From IMG/VR virus record IMGVR_UViG_3300029258_003331: 64,000 nt of DNA; one strand, written 5' to 3'. The position numbers and the translations under genes were made by a program. Below the pieces are notes generated by a model. It was not told where the DNA came from. It ran no database searches and worked only from the letters and a program-made list of their open reading frames with translations. This stretch comes from a virus (Duplodnaviria > Heunggongvirae > Uroviricota > Caudoviricetes). Below are positions 1-8,978 of this stretch, piece after piece; the stretch's first letter is position 1, and every line of letters begins with the position of its first letter.

Positions 1-11
1 GAGGGATTGAG

Positions 12-356
12 ATGGACAAAAAACGAGTGGCTGCTGAACTGGTGCGGCTGGCGAAAGGGGTAAGCAGTGACCGTAAACGCACGGCGGTGGATGTTGAAAA
101 ACACATCAAGACTATTCAGCGCATGACGGATTCGAATAGGTTTTCGGAGTCATTGTTGTACCTATTCGCGAAGGTGCTGCGGGACAGGGAGGCTGCCAGT
201 GCGATGCGTGCGGTGATTGCCCTGCGAGACTATTTTGGGAGCATGCCGGCTGGACTTCGCAAGGTGGTTTACGACAAATTCTACAAAAAGGGCATCGAAC
301 AGGTAAGGCGCGAGTTTGATGAAGAAACCGCCGAGCGTATTTACATGGCATTCTGA
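12..356 (+). CDS. Small protein of the N-terminal 'RVAAELVRLAK' helix family (114 aa)
   Basis: ATG with upstream GAGGGATTGAG RBS. N-terminus is MDKKRVAAELVRLAKGV. C-terminal region unrelated to other family members. Confidence 0.7.
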   Translation: MDKKRVAAELVRLAKGVSSDRKRTAVDVEKHIKTIQRMTDSNRFSESLLYLFAKVLRDREAASAMRAVIALRDYFGSMPAGLRKVVYDKFYKKGIEQVRREFDEETAERIYMAF

Positions 357-371
357 AGCAGGAGTTGAGGG

Positions 372-803
372 ATGGATGAGAGACGAGTGGCTGCTGAACT
401 GGTGCGACTGGCAAAGGAACTGACGGCAAAAGTTGACGTTTCCGGAACACCCCGAGCGAGGAAGGCTGCCTATCGTGGTCTCTGGGTCACACTTGATGGC
501 GGTGAGGTGACTGGCAGTGTGTATTTTCGCCAGGAGGTGAGTTTCATCCGCGAAGACGCCAAGGGCATTGCGACCATAATGAAGCGTTTTGGGGAACGGG
601 TCGAGAAAGTGGCTTCAAAGTCGCCTGCGGAAATGAGACCGGATGGTGACGTGCGCATGGGTTCAAAGGCGAGTGAACCGAGTTCTGTGTTGTTGACGGT
701 GCCGTATGTGGTCAAATTCGGCGGTGCAAAAGGCGCGGGAGCCGTCGTTGAGTACTTGGAAAAGAACCCCAACGTAGGGAAGTTCACGAATTGGCTGGAC
801 TGA
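372..803 (+). CDS. Small protein of the N-terminal 'RVAAELVRLAK' helix family (143 aa)
   Basis: RBS GGAGTTGAGGG then ATG. N-terminus MDERRVAAELVRLAKELTAK, nearly identical to the N-terminus of the preceding gene. Confidence 0.75.
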   Translation: MDERRVAAELVRLAKELTAKVDVSGTPRARKAAYRGLWVTLDGGEVTGSVYFRQEVSFIREDAKGIATIMKRFGERVEKVASKSPAEMRPDGDVRMGSKASEPSSVLLTVPYVVKFGGAKGAGAVVEYLEKNPNVGKFTNWLD

Positions 804-831
804 TGCGCGGGTCTCATCGCCTGTGAGAAGT

Positions 832-859
832 TTGTGGTCATTCGCCCGGGGCTATAATT
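832..859 (+). promoter_or_regulatory. Sigma70-like promoter TTGTGG-16nt-TATAAT
   Basis: -35-like and -10 hexamers with 16-nt spacing, 37 nt upstream of the 896 start. Confidence 0.45.
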
Positions 860-895
860 GGTTGAGGACATTGAGATTACATAGGGGAGCAAGAG

Positions 896-1378
896 ATGGA
901 CAGGAAAGAATTGGCGAAGAAACTTGTGCGGCTTGCGGGCAGCATCATGGGACCTGGTATTCCTGATGGCAGTGGTCCTTGCGGTGGTACGGATGAGTGC
1001 CCGATGACAGATGATGCTCCGATGGCACGAGGGAGACGTTACCTTCGCAGAGGTCCCCAGGATGGCACAGGACCGATGGGTGGTACGGATGAGTGTCCGA
1101 TGGCGAAAGAGGAGTTGGCGACGGAACTTGTGCGACTGGCGAAGGCGCTGGTTGCAGGTGCTCCGGCTCTTTCCAACAAGGAGAAGGCTGTCGCCAAGAA
1201 GATGCAGGCGAAGGGATACAACTACATCGTGCAAATCACAACGGTTGATGGTGACTTTGGCGAGCCGCTTTACTTCAAACATGCCAGTGAAGTGGGGCCG
1301 TTTTTGCGCAATTTCCCGGACTATCAGAAAGCGAAGATCAAGTGGACGGCGACTCTGAGCGATTTTGATTTGGACTGA
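896..1378 (+). CDS. Protein with two copies of the family helix motif separated by a duplicated GGTDECPM segment (160 aa)
   Basis: Upstream TTGTGG-16nt-TATAAT promoter-like element (about 832-859) and GGGGAGCAAGAG RBS. Motifs are MDRKELAKKLVRLAGSI and MAKEELATELVRLAKALV. There is a 94-bp tandem duplication at DNA level. Confidence 0.75.
   Translation: MDRKELAKKLVRLAGSIMGPGIPDGSGPCGGTDECPMTDDAPMARGRRYLRRGPQDGTGPMGGTDECPMAKEELATELVRLAKALVAGAPALSNKEKAVAKKMQAKGYNYIVQITTVDGDFGEPLYFKHASEVGPFLRNFPDYQKAKIKWTATLSDFDLD
985..1102 (+). repeat. 94-bp-period tandem duplication inside the 896..1378 CDS
   Basis: GGTGGTACGGATGAGTG(C/T)CCGATG occurs at 985-1008 and 1079-1102. Encodes GGTDECPM twice. Confidence 0.7.
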
Positions 1379-1384
1379 TGAACC

Positions 1385-2050
1385 GTGGACGACTGCCTCC
1401 TCGCCCAAGAGTTGCTAAAGGTAGCCCGGATTCTCACATCCGGACCACCTCGCTCATTTAGCAAGACATTTGAAGGTCCAAACGGTAATGAGGCTGTTGC
1501 ATACGAGTGGCGCTGGAAATGGGACGAGGTATACAGCAAGCGCGAGGACGGCCTTGTCTCCGCGAAGGTGAGCGACTGGGACAACGCCGAGAAGTGCAAG
1601 AGCTGTGGCCGGAAGATTGTCCACGTCTACTGGGTGAAGGACAAGGAAACCGGGAAGGTCGAGCCCTACGGAGCCGACCACCTGCATGTCGCCCTGGGAT
1701 ACCGGCGCGAGTTGAGCAAGTCCCAGGTCGAGGGCATCCAGCGCAAGGTGACGAACCTCGAAGCCCAAGCCAAGGAAGAGAAGAGACAGCGCGAGGAGTA
1801 CGAACAGAAAGTCAAACTCAGGGCCTTCAAGATAAAGGGCGACCCGAAGCAGGCGATGCAGCAAGCCAACATCGCCTTCAGCAAGTACGGCAGCCATCCG
1901 CTCATGGGCAAGCGGCCTGTGGTTTGGCTGTGGAACAAGTCGAAGGACTTGCTAATGCGCGGGGACGACTTCGCGGTGAAGAGGTTCTTGCGGATGATGA
2001 GCGGCTGGCAGGCAATAGAGCCGGGCAAGGTAAGGGAGGTGGTGACATGA
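1385..2050 (+). CDS. Family-related protein (221 aa), GTG start, N-terminus LAQELLKVARIL, K/E-rich C-terminal region
   Basis: Long ORF with diverse composition. Motif variant at the N-terminus. Stop overlaps the next start as ATGA. Confidence 0.7.
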   Translation: MDDCLLAQELLKVARILTSGPPRSFSKTFEGPNGNEAVAYEWRWKWDEVYSKREDGLVSAKVSDWDNAEKCKSCGRKIVHVYWVKDKETGKVEPYGADHLHVALGYRRELSKSQVEGIQRKVTNLEAQAKEEKRQREEYEQKVKLRAFKIKGDPKQAMQQANIAFSKYGSHPLMGKRPVVWLWNKSKDLLMRGDDFAVKRFLRMMSGWQAIEPGKVREVVT

Positions 2051-2397
2051 ACCAGGAACAAGTGGCTGACAGGGTGGCAAATCATGTCGTGGCTCTAATG
2101 GGACCAGAGACCGTGAATGAGGCGCTTGACCCAATATGGAACAAGTTGCACGATGCCGAGACAGCCCTGCGGCAGGTGGGGGACAGGTACGACATTGCTG
2201 CCTCTTATTCCGGCGGACCAGGGGAGAGGGATGCCAAGGAGATGGTGGTGCTCATTGGGAAACTCCTCAAACACATCAATGCACTGACTACCAAGGCGTT
2301 TGACCGCGTCGCAGGGGCAGAGCGCAAATTCATCAAGCAATTCGGCACACCGGATGATTACGCTGACAAACAGCGCAGAGAGATTTTTCCGAGATAG
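2047..2397 (+). CDS. Hypothetical protein (116 aa) with degenerate helix motif EQVADRVANHVVAL
   Basis: ATG at 2047 follows AGGGAGGTGG RBS and overlaps the upstream stop (ATGA). The long upstream extension of this frame (1507-2046) is R/G/Q-rich and looks like a shadow ORF. Confidence 0.6.
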   Translation: MNQEQVADRVANHVVALMGPETVNEALDPIWNKLHDAETALRQVGDRYDIAASYSGGPGERDAKEMVVLIGKLLKHINALTTKAFDRVAGAERKFIKQFGTPDDYADKQRREIFPR

Positions 2398-2407
2398 GGG
2401 AGGCACA

Positions 2408-2836
2408 ATGGACGACAGACGAGTAGCACGCAATCTCGTGAGGATGGCCAAGGAACTCGCTGGTTCCTGGACGGGCAAACAAGTTTTTATCAACAGCAAG
2501 GGCAAACTCGTTGATATTGTGTTCCGCTGGGTTGTCGAGTTGGAAGAGGGGGACGAGTGGAAAGATGTAGTGCGCAGTCTCCAGACAAAAGCCAGCGACT
2601 CAGAGGGCGATTTCAAGAGATTGAATGACGCTGTGAAATCCTTCCAGCACATGGCTCGCTTCGAATATTTTCGTCCCCTGCGATTCTGGGCAAAAAGCGA
2701 GTGGTTTGTCGCGTCAACGAGAATTCGGTGGAGCATCGACGATGACCAAGACCTGGAGTGGAGCAACGAGATTATGGCTCGGCTACAGAAGGCATCCAGC
2801 AATCACGGGTTCAAAGTCGTGAAAGGCTCTTGGTAG
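2408..2836 (+). CDS. Small protein of the N-terminal helix family (142 aa)
   Basis: Internal ATG at 2408 preceded by GGGGAGG RBS. N-terminus MDDRRVARNLVRMAKELAGS. Confidence 0.75.
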   Translation: MDDRRVARNLVRMAKELAGSWTGKQVFINSKGKLVDIVFRWVVELEEGDEWKDVVRSLQTKASDSEGDFKRLNDAVKSFQHMARFEYFRPLRFWAKSEWFVASTRIRWSIDDDQDLEWSNEIMARLQKASSNHGFKVVKGSW

Positions 2837-2839
2837 GAC

Positions 2840-3289
2840 ATGACCTCGCGCGACGAAGTGCTCAGGAAGATGATTTCAGGGGTGCCTCCAGAAGGTATTG
2901 AGGCTGAATACATCCCGGATGACTATGGAGCCGAACCACTGCTCGACCAGAATCCCGAGCCGGCGTTCAGGTATGTCAACCTGGGACCAAATGCGCTGAG
3001 GGAACTACGAGCCCAGGCTGACCAGGGAGAGGAAGGTATCGACCCGGTGGCATTGGTTTTAGCCGAGAGGTTCATGGCAAAACGCTGTAATTCGGCGCAC
3101 CAGGCAGGGGAGCCGGAGCGAGGAGAGCCCAGGGAAGCCCAGAGAGTTGATAGTCTCCGCGATTGTGTGAGCGATGAGCGTGATGAGTGGATAATAGTAG
3201 ACCCGTCGAAATTGGCCGAGATTGCACCGCGTGAATTGGGGGACCTGATTGATTTTGACATGCTGCTGGGAGATGAGTGTGAGATTTGA
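2840..3289 (+). CDS. Acidic hypothetical protein (149 aa)
   Basis: ORF starts 4 nt after the upstream stop. Composition is acidic. Confidence 0.6.
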   Translation: MTSRDEVLRKMISGVPPEGIEAEYIPDDYGAEPLLDQNPEPAFRYVNLGPNALRELRAQADQGEEGIDPVALVLAERFMAKRCNSAHQAGEPERGEPREAQRVDSLRDCVSDERDEWIIVDPSKLAEIAPRELGDLIDFDMLLGDECEI

Positions 3290-3477
3290 CGGTCTGCAAG
3301 TCGGGCGCTTTTGATGTAGAGATAAATCGCCTGTAGTGACGAGTTTTGGAGTTATCTTGACCTCCTTGGGAAAAGGGGGTTTTTTCGTGCGTGGTTTTTT
3401 AGGTAGAGCGTATAATTTGAGATGGTGGTTTTCGATAAGTCGTGTTAAATGGCGAGATTTGTGTGGAGGGGAACGGC

Positions 3478-3699
3478 ATGTTTGACATATGGATTTTCTT
3501 GTTTGTGGTTTTTGGCGGTTTCTGGTTGGTGGGCGTCTATGACTGGGTGGTTGGCTTCAAGGACAAGTCGTTTTGTTTGGTAATGGGATGGCATGACGGG
3601 AGCGGCGGCAAACGTTCCTTTGATGGCTGCTCTATTCATGCAACGTGTTCGAGGTGCGGAAAAGAGGTCATGCAGGATAGTCAGGGGAACTGGTTTTAG
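3478..3699 (+). CDS. Small hydrophobic membrane protein (73 aa)
   Basis: GGAGGGG RBS 6 nt before ATG 3478. FDIWIFLFVVFGGFWLVGVY transmembrane segment. TATAAT at about 3411-3416 upstream. Confidence 0.55.
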   Translation: MFDIWIFLFVVFGGFWLVGVYDWVVGFKDKSFCLVMGWHDGSGGKRSFDGCSIHATCSRCGKEVMQDSQGNWF

Positions 3700-3729
3700 G
3701 GGCGGTCAAAATCTGGGAAGGGAGGTATC

Positions 3730-4275
3730 ATGGCAGCACCGCACAACCCAGGGCGGTATGGAGAAACTTGGCGTCAAGAGCGCATTGACGCATATCTCGC
3801 TGACTTAGAGAGGCTGAGGGAGCGCGTGGTGTTGTCTGGCGGCTGGGCGTGGCATTTCATGTCCCCGGCAGGGCACACGGAACTGAAGCATGCCCATGAT
3901 CACAAGGACGCGGATATCTTTGTTTCGCCCCCGGTTCTTTGGCAGGTTATCGCGGACTTAGAGGCTAACGGCTTTCGGAAGGTTAGGACCCGGTTTGACA
4001 AGATGCCGAGCGCCGAGGATTTCCGTCGCTATGAAAAATATACTCTGGTAGGCGACAAGGACATCCGGATGACGATTGACCTCTTTGTGAGGGATGTGCC
4101 GAGCATTGAGGTGAGGGGCTGGCGTGTTGTCGAGCCGGAGTTCTTGCTATCTTTGTATTCGACGATTCATGACAGCAAGAGTTGTTTCGCAGTGGTGGCA
4201 GCAAGCAGACTCATCAAGGAGGGGAAGAGCCCCATTGGTGACGCGGCGCTGACAGAAATACCGACGCCAAGGTGA
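3730..4275 (+). CDS. Putative nucleotidyltransferase-fold protein (181 aa)
   Basis: GGGAAGGGAGG RBS. LSGGWAWHF...HDHKDADIFV resembles the G[GS]-x9-13-DhD NTase-fold signature. Family assignment is tentative. Confidence 0.65.
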   Translation: MAAPHNPGRYGETWRQERIDAYLADLERLRERVVLSGGWAWHFMSPAGHTELKHAHDHKDADIFVSPPVLWQVIADLEANGFRKVRTRFDKMPSAEDFRRYEKYTLVGDKDIRMTIDLFVRDVPSIEVRGWRVVEPEFLLSLYSTIHDSKSCFAVVAASRLIKEGKSPIGDAALTEIPTPR

Positions 4276-4284
4276 GTCAGGATC

Positions 4285-4428
4285 TCATTCTGACTGCTGC
4301 TCGGGTTCGTCCTTTGTTTCGGTCGGGTAGAGCCCGGCGGTGCATTTCCAACACCTGAGCGATTGGCACTTGTCGTTTACTTGTTCGACCTCTTCGCATC
4401 CTTCGGTTGAGCATTGCATCTTCTTCAT
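4285..4428 (-). CDS. Small Cys-rich protein (47 aa; C6,C11,C21,C26,C29)
   Basis: Strong AAGGAGAAACCC RBS then ATG on the minus strand. Not in the ORF table because it is under 60 aa. Preferred over the overlapping R-rich 92-aa table ORF 4277..4555. Has a GGAACCGGTTATACATG motif 54 nt upstream. Confidence 0.45.
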   Translation of the reverse strand: MKKMQCSTEGCEEVEQVNDKCQSLRCWKCTAGLYPTETKDEPEQQSE

Positions 4429-4481
4429 TTGGGTTTCTCCTTGTTCTGAGGTGGCGTTTTACGGACCTGGGCTCCTTTCGA

Positions 4482-4500
4482 CATGTATAACCGGTTCCAA
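4482..4500 (-). promoter_or_regulatory. Conserved GGAACCGGTTATACATG element, class-II motif copy 1
   Basis: Gene-direction orientation, 54 nt upstream of the 4428 minus-strand start. Confidence 0.4.
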
Positions 4501-4560
4501 TCCAAAATGTCGGGAAAAATCCGAGAAATCGTCTAAAAACTTGCTCAAAAATCAACCCAG

Positions 4561-4569
4561 ATGGTATAA
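4561..4569 (+). promoter_or_regulatory. Extended -10 promoter TGGTATAAT
   Basis: TTGCTC-18nt-TGGTATAATGG, upstream of gene 4662. Confidence 0.5.
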
Positions 4570-4661
4570 TGGCAGCCGGCAGAAGAGAAGTCTCTTTGGT
4601 GGGGAAGATGGGTTTTCCGTTTGTCGGGTGCTTTTTTCAGCGTGCAGGGAAGGATGAGGAG

Positions 4662-5072
4662 ATGACACAGGCAGAGAAACTTGCGATTGACCTGGTTTAT
4701 CCGTTTTTGGCTTTGACGGATGAGTACGATATCAGGGACCGCGTCTTTTGGAGGTGCGGAGGGTGTTATGGATTGGTGACATTTTGCATCTTGTGTAACG
4801 ACCTCTTCGCGTGGGGGACTGCGGATTTGGTTGAGGTGACGGCGGAAAGCCTCCCTGAACTTCGCAAGGCTATTGGGGATGTTTTGGTGATACAGGAAGA
4901 CGCCGTGGACGAGGCGTTGGACCTCTTTTGTGCCAGGACGAGGAGAACACGTCCCCAGGGCGCAGCATATCCCAAAGACAAGAGCCTATGGGCGTTGTTT
5001 GACGCTTGTGGTCCCGAGCGCGCAGAGGGTGTGCCCGGGAACCCATACAAGCCAGGGGAATACCGGTGCTGA
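4662..5072 (+). CDS. Hypothetical protein (136 aa)
   Basis: The table ORF starts at 4569, but that ATG lies inside the TGGTATAATGG -10 box. The ATG at 4662 follows GGATGAGGAG RBS. Confidence 0.6.
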   Translation: MTQAEKLAIDLVYPFLALTDEYDIRDRVFWRCGGCYGLVTFCILCNDLFAWGTADLVEVTAESLPELRKAIGDVLVIQEDAVDEALDLFCARTRRTRPQGAAYPKDKSLWALFDACGPERAEGVPGNPYKPGEYRC

Positions 5073-5263
5073 AGAAGGAAGTATGCCAACAGTGCATCCA
5101 AGAACATCGCGGTGGGTGGGTCCATTTCGACGAGGAGCGTTGGAGGTTGGAGAGAACGGTATGCTGCAGGCTGGGCATGGTCATCAGCGGAAGAGGCGTT
5201 TCGGTCGACCAAGTGCCCCCTGATTGGTGCTGGTATAAAGGCAGTCACGGGGAAGAGATATAG
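5066..5263 (+). CDS. Possible small Cys-rich protein (65 aa; CQQC...CC)
   Basis: GTG start after AGGGGAA. Overlaps the previous stop. An alternative frame (5112..5402) cannot be excluded. Confidence 0.3.
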   Translation: MLKKEVCQQCIQEHRGGWVHFDEERWRLERTVCCRLGMVISGRGVSVDQVPPDWCWYKGSHGEEI

Positions 5264-5631
5264 TCTCGCGGTGTCAGCAGATAATGTCGTTTCCGACGAC
5301 GATGTGTACAAAGCGCGGGGCAGTATTCAGAACGCCCAAAACGCCAAGGCTGCGGCATGCGACCTGGGCTTCTCTGTGCCAATCTCGGGCAGCGACACCT
5401 GACAAGGCTCCGTGAATCTTCTTGATGATTCTGACGGTGGAATCGGTGGGCGTGAGCCGGACGAGTGGCTTGTGCATGTGTCCTCTTCTCCGTTTTCCTT
5501 TGCTAATTACCCGGAAAAATTGAATTCCAGAAAGCGGAATGGTCGATAAGGCTTCCGTGGCAATCATTATCGGACGCTGTGGAATGCTTATCGGACATTG
5601 TGAGACTTTACGCGCTGGAAGGAGAAATGGC

Positions 5632-5865
5632 ATGTATGACCGAATTCTAACTGGAATACGCCGTGCTTTAAGAGAGAACCTGAGAGAATATGACATGAAA
5701 AAGATGGAATTTGATCGACTTTTGGGCATGGAGGATTGGATGCTGGAGCGGGGAAACAGGGAGATGGCGGAGGCGTACAATCAGGCGGCTGGGGTTGTGG
5801 GCGAGGAGTTGGAAACGTTGATGGGACGCGTGGTGAGGCTGCGGGCATTACTCAAAGCCGCATAA
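5632..5865 (+). CDS. Hypothetical small protein (77 aa)
   Basis: GGAAGGAGAAATGGC then ATG. The table ORF extends to 5539, but the upstream part lacks an RBS. Confidence 0.5.
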   Translation: MYDRILTGIRRALRENLREYDMKKMEFDRLLGMEDWMLERGNREMAEAYNQAAGVVGEELETLMGRVVRLRALLKAA

Positions 5866-5930
5866 TTATTTGATATTTCGGCTTTCAATGGAGTTTGAAG
5901 GATTTGCATCTTTCGTGAGAGGAGAGAGCC

Positions 5931-7550
5931 GTGATAAAGACATGGACAGCAGACCAGGCGTTTCAACTGGGAGAAATCGGTCAACAGGTTATTCCGGTGC
6001 ATGATCGGAGCATCCTGAACATTGCCGCCGGCGAGGTTATCTACGAATCAGAGGAGCGGGAGGCATTGCTGGTGAAGGGTCGGTGGTTGTCGATTGCAAA
6101 TACCGGCTGGCAGACGTATTGCACTCATACGGAATCACGAGCAGAAAATGCACTCGGCGGTCTTTACACAGCAAGTGGTGTGTATCCCTACTCGATTTAC
6201 ATTGACGCGGCTCGGGGCGACGACTCTACAGCGGACGGCTCAAGAGGATTGCCTTTCCTGACGCTGGGGGCTGCGCAGACGTGGTTCGCAGCCAACTTCC
6301 CGCACGGCAACGATTACGACGAATGGGCGACCCGGGGTGTGACCTACTACCTGGCTGACGGGGTATATGATGAGGGTAACGTTACCCTGCGTGCTCATCG
6401 CCGAGTGACCAGGGTTGAGGGTAAGTTCGCGTATTTCACTGGGCAACTCACGTGCCGGAATGCGATTGCTGACTTGCCGAATGCGATTGCCTTCATGGAT
6501 GTGTTGCCGTATCCCGCCACCGTTATTACTGGACCCCCTCTGGCAGACTGCTGGGCATATCACCTGTCGGCTGCAGCGGCAAGTGCTCCGGACATCAGCG
6601 TTACATACGGGTCAAATTACGCAACTTCAACATTCGGAGCAGTTTATCGGGATGGGGCGTCAAACGAGTATGTCGCCATTGGCTACGCAGACGACCTCAT
6701 GACGATTTACGTGCGCCCTGCGGCTGCTTACGTTGGCGGTTGGATAGGCAGTGCCCACCCACCGTCTGGAAATCTGACATTGCACTCGGGGACAGGACCG
6801 GCGACCATCAGCGGCACTGTCACAAGCATGGTGCCACAGCCACTGAACAACGCTGCCAATACCTCAGCCGAGACATTCATTGGCTATCACCTGCTGGGAC
6901 ACGCGCCGACGGCTTATGTGCCTTTTGGTCTGTCAATCGAGGATGGGGTGCGTCTCATCAGCGAGGGCTACTACGGAAGTCATCACCAGTGGTTTTACTG
7001 CGAAAGAACCAGGCTGCCGCAGGGTGGCGTCATTGTGCAACCTGCCGGGGACGCTTCTCTATCCAATCTCTCGTGGTATGCTGAGTTCCGGAGCGCTTCC
7101 ATTCGCAACGGGGATAGTTCGTCGGAGATGGGGTCGCAATTCAGCAGCGTGTATTCATCGCTGGAGGTGTCTGCTTTGGACTCGTATCTTGGGGTGCCGA
7201 TCAGGGGTAATGCCAAGATTTACGGAGCGGAGCAGGTGACGTACAGTGACATTGATGCTACGACTGCTGTGACTGGTGGTTCGGTGGTAGGGGTTTGGAC
7301 GTACAGTTGGGCTCCATTCATGTTTTGTGAGTTTGGGGGCTCGACGTACAACTTGAGCAGCACAGCCTATGCGGATGCGAGATCTGCCAGTAGCTTGATT
7401 GCCGGCGGCTTTGGTGGCACGCTGAGTTTGACCCAGAATGCGATTGGGTTGGGTCTGACTGCGAATCCGGCTGATTGGGGTGGTTCTCCGCCTGTTGACG
7501 TTGCGACGGCGATAAACCGCATTGCAACGCACGTGGGTCCGGTTCCGTAG
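5931..7550 (+). CDS. Large G/S/T/A/Y-rich protein, possible structural or receptor-binding (tail-fibre-like) protein (539 aa)
   Basis: GAGAGGAGAGAG RBS then GTG. Low-charge, Gly/Ser/Thr/Tyr-rich composition typical of fibre or beta-helix proteins. Function is inferred from composition only. Confidence 0.8.
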   Translation: MIKTWTADQAFQLGEIGQQVIPVHDRSILNIAAGEVIYESEEREALLVKGRWLSIANTGWQTYCTHTESRAENALGGLYTASGVYPYSIYIDAARGDDSTADGSRGLPFLTLGAAQTWFAANFPHGNDYDEWATRGVTYYLADGVYDEGNVTLRAHRRVTRVEGKFAYFTGQLTCRNAIADLPNAIAFMDVLPYPATVITGPPLADCWAYHLSAAAASAPDISVTYGSNYATSTFGAVYRDGASNEYVAIGYADDLMTIYVRPAAAYVGGWIGSAHPPSGNLTLHSGTGPATISGTVTSMVPQPLNNAANTSAETFIGYHLLGHAPTAYVPFGLSIEDGVRLISEGYYGSHHQWFYCERTRLPQGGVIVQPAGDASLSNLSWYAEFRSASIRNGDSSSEMGSQFSSVYSSLEVSALDSYLGVPIRGNAKIYGAEQVTYSDIDATTAVTGGSVVGVWTYSWAPFMFCEFGGSTYNLSSTAYADARSASSLIAGGFGGTLSLTQNAIGLGLTANPADWGGSPPVDVATAINRIATHVGPVP

Positions 7551-7593
7551 GACGTTGTTTTTGCGATTGTACTCGGCACAGAAAGGCGGGAAG

Positions 7594-7989
7594 ATGAAAG
7601 AGGTAGCCAGTGCGCTATTGAGGATGGCGAAGACGCTGATGGCGAAGGCTGACGATTTGCGTGTGACGGCGTATCTCCATCGTGCCTACAGCGATCTAAT
7701 GGATGACCTGGAGAAGCAGATCAAGTCCGAGTTCAAAGGCATCCGGCAAATTCAGCGTACCCATCGTGCCGCGCGGGAATACAATATGTTCATGAGTGGT
7801 TACGCGGCGAGTGACATTGCTGCGACGGCGACGCTGAGTATCATTTTCGAGGGTGAAAAGTTCGAAATCCACCTGAGCGGGAAACGGTCTGATTGGAGCG
7901 ACGAAGCCGATATGATGAACTGGGTGAAGGGTGAGGGTGTTCTTCCGGTTCGTAGGATCGCTGCTCACCTGGCTGCGGTTTTTACATGA
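7594..7989 (+). CDS. Helix-family small protein (131 aa)
   Basis: Internal ATG 7594 after AAAGGCGGGAAG. N-terminus MKEVASALLRMAKTLMAKADD. Confidence 0.7.
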   Translation: MKEVASALLRMAKTLMAKADDLRVTAYLHRAYSDLMDDLEKQIKSEFKGIRQIQRTHRAAREYNMFMSGYAASDIAATATLSIIFEGEKFEIHLSGKRSDWSDEADMMNWVKGEGVLPVRRIAAHLAAVFT

Positions 7990-8048
7990 GGGGGACGGGC
8001 TCTGGCGTGACAACTTCGAAAATCAAAGCCAGTCTGTTTTAGGAGCAC

Positions 8049-8525
8049 TTGATGAACAACATTCAGATCGCCAAGGAACTGGTTGCCATCGCCAGAGATA
8101 TTTCTCCTGAAGTGGACGAGTGGCAAACGAAGTTTCCCTATGAACTGATTGACAAACTCGACACTGAATACAACTCCCTGAATCGGTGGTATCGTGACCT
8201 GCGCCAGTCCAATCCTGACGCCGCGAGTTTGTTAAATGACGCCCTCAAGAGCATGGTGACTTTGCTGGCTCGGTTGAAAAGGAGTGCTGAGAGTTTGTAC
8301 TTGACGGCTTCTCATCGTCCTGTTGCTGGCGCGGACATGGGCTCAGTAATCGCAATGGCTATTTCACGGCTAGAAAGGCTGCAGGACGAGTTTACTGCGG
8401 TCAGGGATAAGATGAAGCGGAGCCGGGAGCCTGTTATCCGGAACACTGTCAAAAAACTCAATGTTGCCTTGGATGCATTCAAGGATGTGATGAGTAAGAT
8501 GGTGAGCGTTGAGGCATCGGTTTAA
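8049..8525 (+). CDS. Helix-family small protein (158 aa)
   Basis: AGGAGCACTTG then ATG. N-terminus MMNNIQIAKELVAIARDIS. Confidence 0.8.
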   Translation: MMNNIQIAKELVAIARDISPEVDEWQTKFPYELIDKLDTEYNSLNRWYRDLRQSNPDAASLLNDALKSMVTLLARLKRSAESLYLTASHRPVAGADMGSVIAMAISRLERLQDEFTAVRDKMKRSREPVIRNTVKKLNVALDAFKDVMSKMVSVEASV

Positions 8526-8548
8526 GATTCTGCAGACGGAGGAAAAGG

Positions 8549-8965
8549 ATGAGTAAGAAGGCGCGTGTTTCAGATAAGATGGTAGCCGAGAAATTGGTGC
8601 GCCTAGCCAAGGAACTCGTTGGCGGGGCAAAAGAAGCGGCTGGGATGTTTTTCGTGTATGACGTTATCGGTGACTCAATTATCCTGCAAGCACTCAGGGA
8701 GGTAAGAACTGGTGACATTCTCAAGGACGTCAACGCCGACGCCAATGATGCAGTCAAGCAGATGGCTAAGAAACTCTCCGCTGTCGAGGCTGGGTTGAAG
8801 GGAAATGGTTCGGCGTACAGGATAACCGAGAAGCCGACGGATGCTGTCTTGTTGAATGTTGGTGGTCGCATGTACGTCTCCGGGGGCGCTTCGTTTTCTG
8901 CTGACGATGTTGCTGCTGCGGAGAAAGTCGTTAAGAGACAGAAATTCCGTCTGCAGGCTTTTTGA
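8549..8965 (+). CDS. Helix-family small protein (138 aa)
   Basis: GACGGAGGAAAAGG then ATG. N-terminus MSKKARVSDKMVAEKLVRLAKELVGG. Confidence 0.8.
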   Translation: MSKKARVSDKMVAEKLVRLAKELVGGAKEAAGMFFVYDVIGDSIILQALREVRTGDILKDVNADANDAVKQMAKKLSAVEAGLKGNGSAYRITEKPTDAVLLNVGGRMYVSGGASFSADDVAAAEKVVKRQKFRLQAF

Positions 8966-8978
8966 TGGAGATTGTGGC

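Noticed and set aside
470-1408. 312-aa minus-strand ORF, and similar long antisense ORFs (2095..2802, 15670..16218, 25885..26490, 33606..34544, 54541..55665, 58189..59336)
   Set aside because: All are antisense to well-supported plus-strand genes. They are rich in R/S/L/P/C and lack an RBS, as expected for shadow ORFs in a roughly 53% GC genome.
1507-2046. N-terminal 180 codons of the 296-aa table ORF
   Set aside because: This part overlaps gene 1385..2050 and is an R/G/Q/P-rich low-complexity translation. Only the segment from ATG 2047 (RBS, ATGA coupling) was kept.
4277-4555. 92-aa minus ORF
   Set aside because: R-rich and without an RBS. Replaced by a 47-aa Cys-rich ORF (4285..4428) in another frame that has a strong AAGGAGA RBS.
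4569-4661. Tabulated start of the 167-aa ORF
   Set aside because: This ATG sits inside the TGGTATAAT -10 hexamer. The start was moved to ATG 4662, which has a GGAGG RBS.
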